A DNA stretch of 64,000 bases from Sulfurospirillaceae bacterium (lineage in GTDB: Bacteria; Campylobacterota; Campylobacteria; Campylobacterales; Sulfurospirillaceae), in contig JAWVXD010000001.1 of assembly GCA_033723415.1 (NCBI GenBank), positions 1 to 64,000 on the forward strand. The letters run 5' to 3'. The notes beneath the pieces are model-generated. The model worked only from the letters and a program-made list of their open reading frames with translations, did not search any database and had not been told where the DNA came from. Positions 61,069-64,000 of the stretch are shown here, piece by piece (position 1 is the stretch's first letter; each line of letters starts with the position of its first letter). Made by a program: the position numbers and the translations under genes.

Positions 61069-61814
61069 TTTTTAAGAATATCTCTCATTTTATTTTTTGC
61101 TAGACTTGTTGCATAAAAAGCTAAAAAAAAGTCAATATTAAAGGAGGCATGGTTTTTGAAAAATTTTATCAGATTTTGATCCATAAGTTCATATGGATGT
61201 ATGTATAATATAGGATTTATAGTTCTCTTAAATAGTAATTTTAATAATTTCAACGGAAGCACGCGTAGATAAAATCCACCACTAAAAGGAATCAAGTTTT
61301 TAGGCACAGGATGTTCTTCTATGACACCATACTCCGTGTATACTTTAAATGATTCTTTTTTGTTGATAGAATTTCCATACATGTAGTTTTTCATCGGAAA
61401 ATAAGACGATGAATACGTAAATCCGGCCTTTGCCAATTCTCTGTAATATCTTTTTTCAAAAGGCATCGACCAGCTTGGACTTCTATAGCCTAAGATTTTT
61501 TGGGCTGTTATATCTTCCAATATATGTTTGGCTTCATGTATTTCTTTGCTCCACTGTTCAAAATCCTCTTGATATACTAATTGATGATTTAATCCATGAC
61601 AAGCTATCTCAACACCGCTATTGGATAGTTTTTTTATAATATTAGGAAATTTTTTTGCAAAACTCCCTAATACAAATGCAGTGGATCTATAGCCTTGGGA
61701 GAGGCTTATAAATTGATCTATGGATTTTTCATAGTCTATATTTGGATATGTTTCCCATTTTACGTTGAAGTTCATATCGGTTACTTCTTCAACATCAAGT
61801 GTAACCCAAATCAT
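61065..61814 (-). CDS. Polysaccharide deacetylase (DUF3473-associated type)
   Basis: TLDVEE, EIACHGLNH, GYRSPSWS, YSSS, SGGFYLR, YIHPYE. Confidence 0.88.
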   Translation of the reverse strand: MIWVTLDVEEVTDMNFNVKWETYPNIDYEKSIDQFISLSQGYRSTAFVLGSFAKKFPNIIKKLSNSGVEIACHGLNHQLVYQEDFEQWSKEIHEAKHILEDITAQKILGYRSPSWSMPFEKRYYRELAKAGFTYSSSYFPMKNYMYGNSINKKESFKVYTEYGVIEEHPVPKNLIPFSGGFYLRVLPLKLLKLLFKRTINPILYIHPYELMDQNLIKFFKNHASFNIDFFLAFYATSLAKNKMRDILKK

Positions 61815-62731
61815 AAGTCAACCAGATATTTACAAATTTTTGGACCAATAAAATCAACGACATTCTTAGGTAATTTTTTCCATATAGTAGAGGCCAATGA
61901 ATACTTAGAGTATATATCAGCTTCATTTGATGTTATTATATCTATCTTTATAGGTTTAGCTCCAAATTGAGATTTAAATTCATATGTACTGCCTCCATAA
62001 GAGGATCTTCCAAAATCAAAGATTTCTATCTGCCTTGTATCACATATATGTTGCAAAGTTTTCCAATAGATAAAATAACCCGCCAGTTTTCTGCTATATT
62101 CTATATCTACACCGCCCCAAGGGTACCAAGCAAGATTACCATCGATCATGATGCACATCGTTGCGATGACTTTATCTTTATCAAATGCGTTGTAAAAAAT
62201 TATATCGTCTTTAAATTCATCCACAAGAGAAGTAAATAAATCTTTATCTAAAACAGGCGTTCCGTGTTTGTGCATAGTTTCTGAAAAAATTTTATAAAAA
62301 TCATCAATACTTTGGCTGTCATTGCCGTATTTAAGTGTAAAATCTTGCTTTTTAATAGAGTTTCGAATTTTATTTCGGCATCTTGATTTTACACTACCGG
62401 CAAATAAATCTTCACTGCTTTGATTTTTGGTTTCTATTCTCATCGTCACTGTGTCATTTTTTTTAAAATCCGTATAATCAAAATTTAGAGCTCTTATTTG
62501 AAATTCATTCTCTTTCCCAAGTTCTAACAAATCTTTTACGTCATTACTGCATCTGTCCGTATAATTGAGCAGAGGCATATAACTCAAGGTTTTTTTGTTT
62601 AAAATCGAGGGCACGATTAAGAAATCCATATAGCTTTCATATTGATAGAGTTTTTTTAAAACTTTTTTAAAACCAGATATGAACTTTGGTGAAAACGTCA
62701 CATCAGCTTGACTAGTTACATTTTTTTGCAT
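61811..62731 (-). CDS. FemAB-like GNAT protein
   Basis: RNKIR, HGTP, FDFGRS, FKSQFGA; alternative start 62743. Confidence 0.82.
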   Translation of the reverse strand: MQKNVTSQADVTFSPKFISGFKKVLKKLYQYESYMDFLIVPSILNKKTLSYMPLLNYTDRCSNDVKDLLELGKENEFQIRALNFDYTDFKKNDTVTMRIETKNQSSEDLFAGSVKSRCRNKIRNSIKKQDFTLKYGNDSQSIDDFYKIFSETMHKHGTPVLDKDLFTSLVDEFKDDIIFYNAFDKDKVIATMCIMIDGNLAWYPWGGVDIEYSRKLAGYFIYWKTLQHICDTRQIEIFDFGRSSYGGSTYEFKSQFGAKPIKIDIITSNEADIYSKYSLASTIWKKLPKNVVDFIGPKICKYLVDL

Positions 62732-63038
62732 CACGTTTCGCATCTTCTCTTATGATTTTTGTTATTATCCTGTTGTTACTCTTTTGACCTACATATAAAA
62801 CTATATTTATTAAACTTGTTATTGACATGACGATGTACAATACCAGATCGGTTCCGCTTTTTATCGAGAAAATTTGTGCGACTTGGTCAGAATATTGAGG
62901 ATTTATGACAAATAAAAAGATAACACAATAGCCAGTTATGACACTAAGCTTTTGGATTACTTTTAATCTGGTTGAAAAGGAAAAGACAACAAAAGCAATA
63001 GTTAAGATAAGAATTAGAAAGATTTTTATAATCATCAT
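62712..63038 (-). CDS. DUF2304-family small membrane protein
   Basis: Three TMs, GTDLVLY, ITKIIREDA; follows a GT2 gene as is usual. Confidence 0.75.
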   Translation of the reverse strand: MMIIKIFLILILTIAFVVFSFSTRLKVIQKLSVITGYCVIFLFVINPQYSDQVAQIFSIKSGTDLVLYIVMSITSLINIVLYVGQKSNNRIITKIIREDAKRDAKKCN

Positions 63039-63721
63039 TTCATTATACTCCCGATTAAATAGTCTAAGATTATATTGATACTATTCCACATAGATTGTCC
63101 TTTTTGCAGCGTATATGAAGTATATCGTATCTTACAAGGCATTTCAATATAGTTCATCTTTAGCGTTTTAATGATACTAATGATCTCTGAAGCATGTGCC
63201 ATTCTATTTTGAGTTATTTCAAAATTTGGAAATTTGCCTATGTTAATAGCTCTTAAACCATTATGTGAGTCAGTTAATAATATCCCGGTAGTTGCCCACG
63301 TAAAAAATCTTGATGCTTTTAGTAGGTATTTCTTTTTCGTTGGCATATTTTCTGTTTGTCCCAAAAATCTTGAGCCTAAAACAATGTCAGCTTTATTGTT
63401 CTTCAACGCATCTACAAAAGGTCCTATATTCTTTGGATCATGTTGTCCGTCAGAATCAAAAGTAACTACATATTGAAATCCTTTCTCTTTTGCAAATTCT
63501 ATACCTGTTTGTAATGCTGCTCCTTGTCCAAGGTTTGCGGAATGCTTCAACAGATATATATTTTGAGAAGATGCATTTTGGTAGCTTTTATCGGTGGAAC
63601 AATCATCTACGACAACGATCTTGTAGTCTGGGTATTCTTGATTAATTTCCATCAAAACATTTTTGATTACGGACTCTTCGTTGTATAAGGGGATGACAAT
63701 GGCAGTTTCAAATGTGTGCAT
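63035..63721 (-). CDS. Glycosyltransferase family 2 (polyprenol-phosphate sugar synthase-like)
   Basis: IPLYNE, VDDCSTD, NLGQGAA, FDSDGQH, GSRF, DSHNGLR. Confidence 0.92.
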   Translation of the reverse strand: MHTFETAIVIPLYNEESVIKNVLMEINQEYPDYKIVVVDDCSTDKSYQNASSQNIYLLKHSANLGQGAALQTGIEFAKEKGFQYVVTFDSDGQHDPKNIGPFVDALKNNKADIVLGSRFLGQTENMPTKKKYLLKASRFFTWATTGILLTDSHNGLRAINIGKFPNFEITQNRMAHASEIISIIKTLKMNYIEMPCKIRYTSYTLQKGQSMWNSINIILDYLIGSIMK

Positions 63722-63751
63722 AGCGGTAATTATCCTTCTTTTGCTTTAATT

Positions 63752-64000
63752 TTATTTATTTTTGTTTTCAAAGATTTTTCAACATCTAAAAAAGCATCGA
63801 CAACAATTGGATTAAACATCTTTTCTTTTAATTCTATCATCTTTTCAACTGCCTTTTCATGCGTTGCCCCTTCTTTATATGATCTATCAGATGTGATACC
63901 TGCATAAAATTCTCCAAGTGCAACGATTTGAGCGCTTATAGGAATTTGAGATTCTTTTAGTCCGAAAGGATATCCTCTGCCGTCAAATCTTTCATGATGA
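63752..64000 (-). CDS. HD-GYP domain protein, C-terminus only
   Basis: Hand translation HHERFDGRGYPFGLKESQIPISAQIVALGEFYAGITSDRSYK...FNPIVVDAFL...*. Confidence 0.85.

Noticed and set aside
9792..63907. Numerous 60-160 aa antisense or overlapping ORFs in the ORF track
   Set aside because: They lie opposite or within well-supported genes, lack recognisable motifs, and are expected shadow ORFs.
1..64000. tRNA, rRNA, riboswitch or integrase genes
   Set aside because: None recognised by eye; an Infernal/Rfam and tRNAscan run would be needed to exclude small RNAs formally.

Overview
AT-rich chromosomal window from a Campylobacterota bacterium; gene order resembles Campylobacter/Sulfurospirillum (inferred from synteny, not a database match). 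Bases 1-7.75 kb are a minus-strand integron-type gene-cassette array with no integrase in the window. It carries a restriction-methylase-specificity fusion, a probable pPIWI-associated-nuclease-like gene, two membrane proteins, a hypothetical, a truncated HEPN-like gene, an MBL-fold gene and a TIR-flanked HUH (Y1) transposase. The most unusual feature is a 119-159 bp gene-less module repeated four times, each directly upstream of a cassette. It is built from a full attC, an inverted mini-attC-like site and stable GNA-loop hairpins. The rest is mostly core genome: rpmH-rnpA-yidD-yidC-jag-mnmE (two apparent ATA starts), purL, a LigE-type ligase, pglB/pglF, nadK-recN to mrdA, metG/fbp/slt/gltX, and a MotA/MotB-like pair. 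Then come a Crp/Fnr regulator and a kinase-less NarX-like sensor ahead of napAGHBF-x-LD and a PAS protein, and finally a glycan-modification locus. All family calls come from motif recognition by eye; no searches were run.
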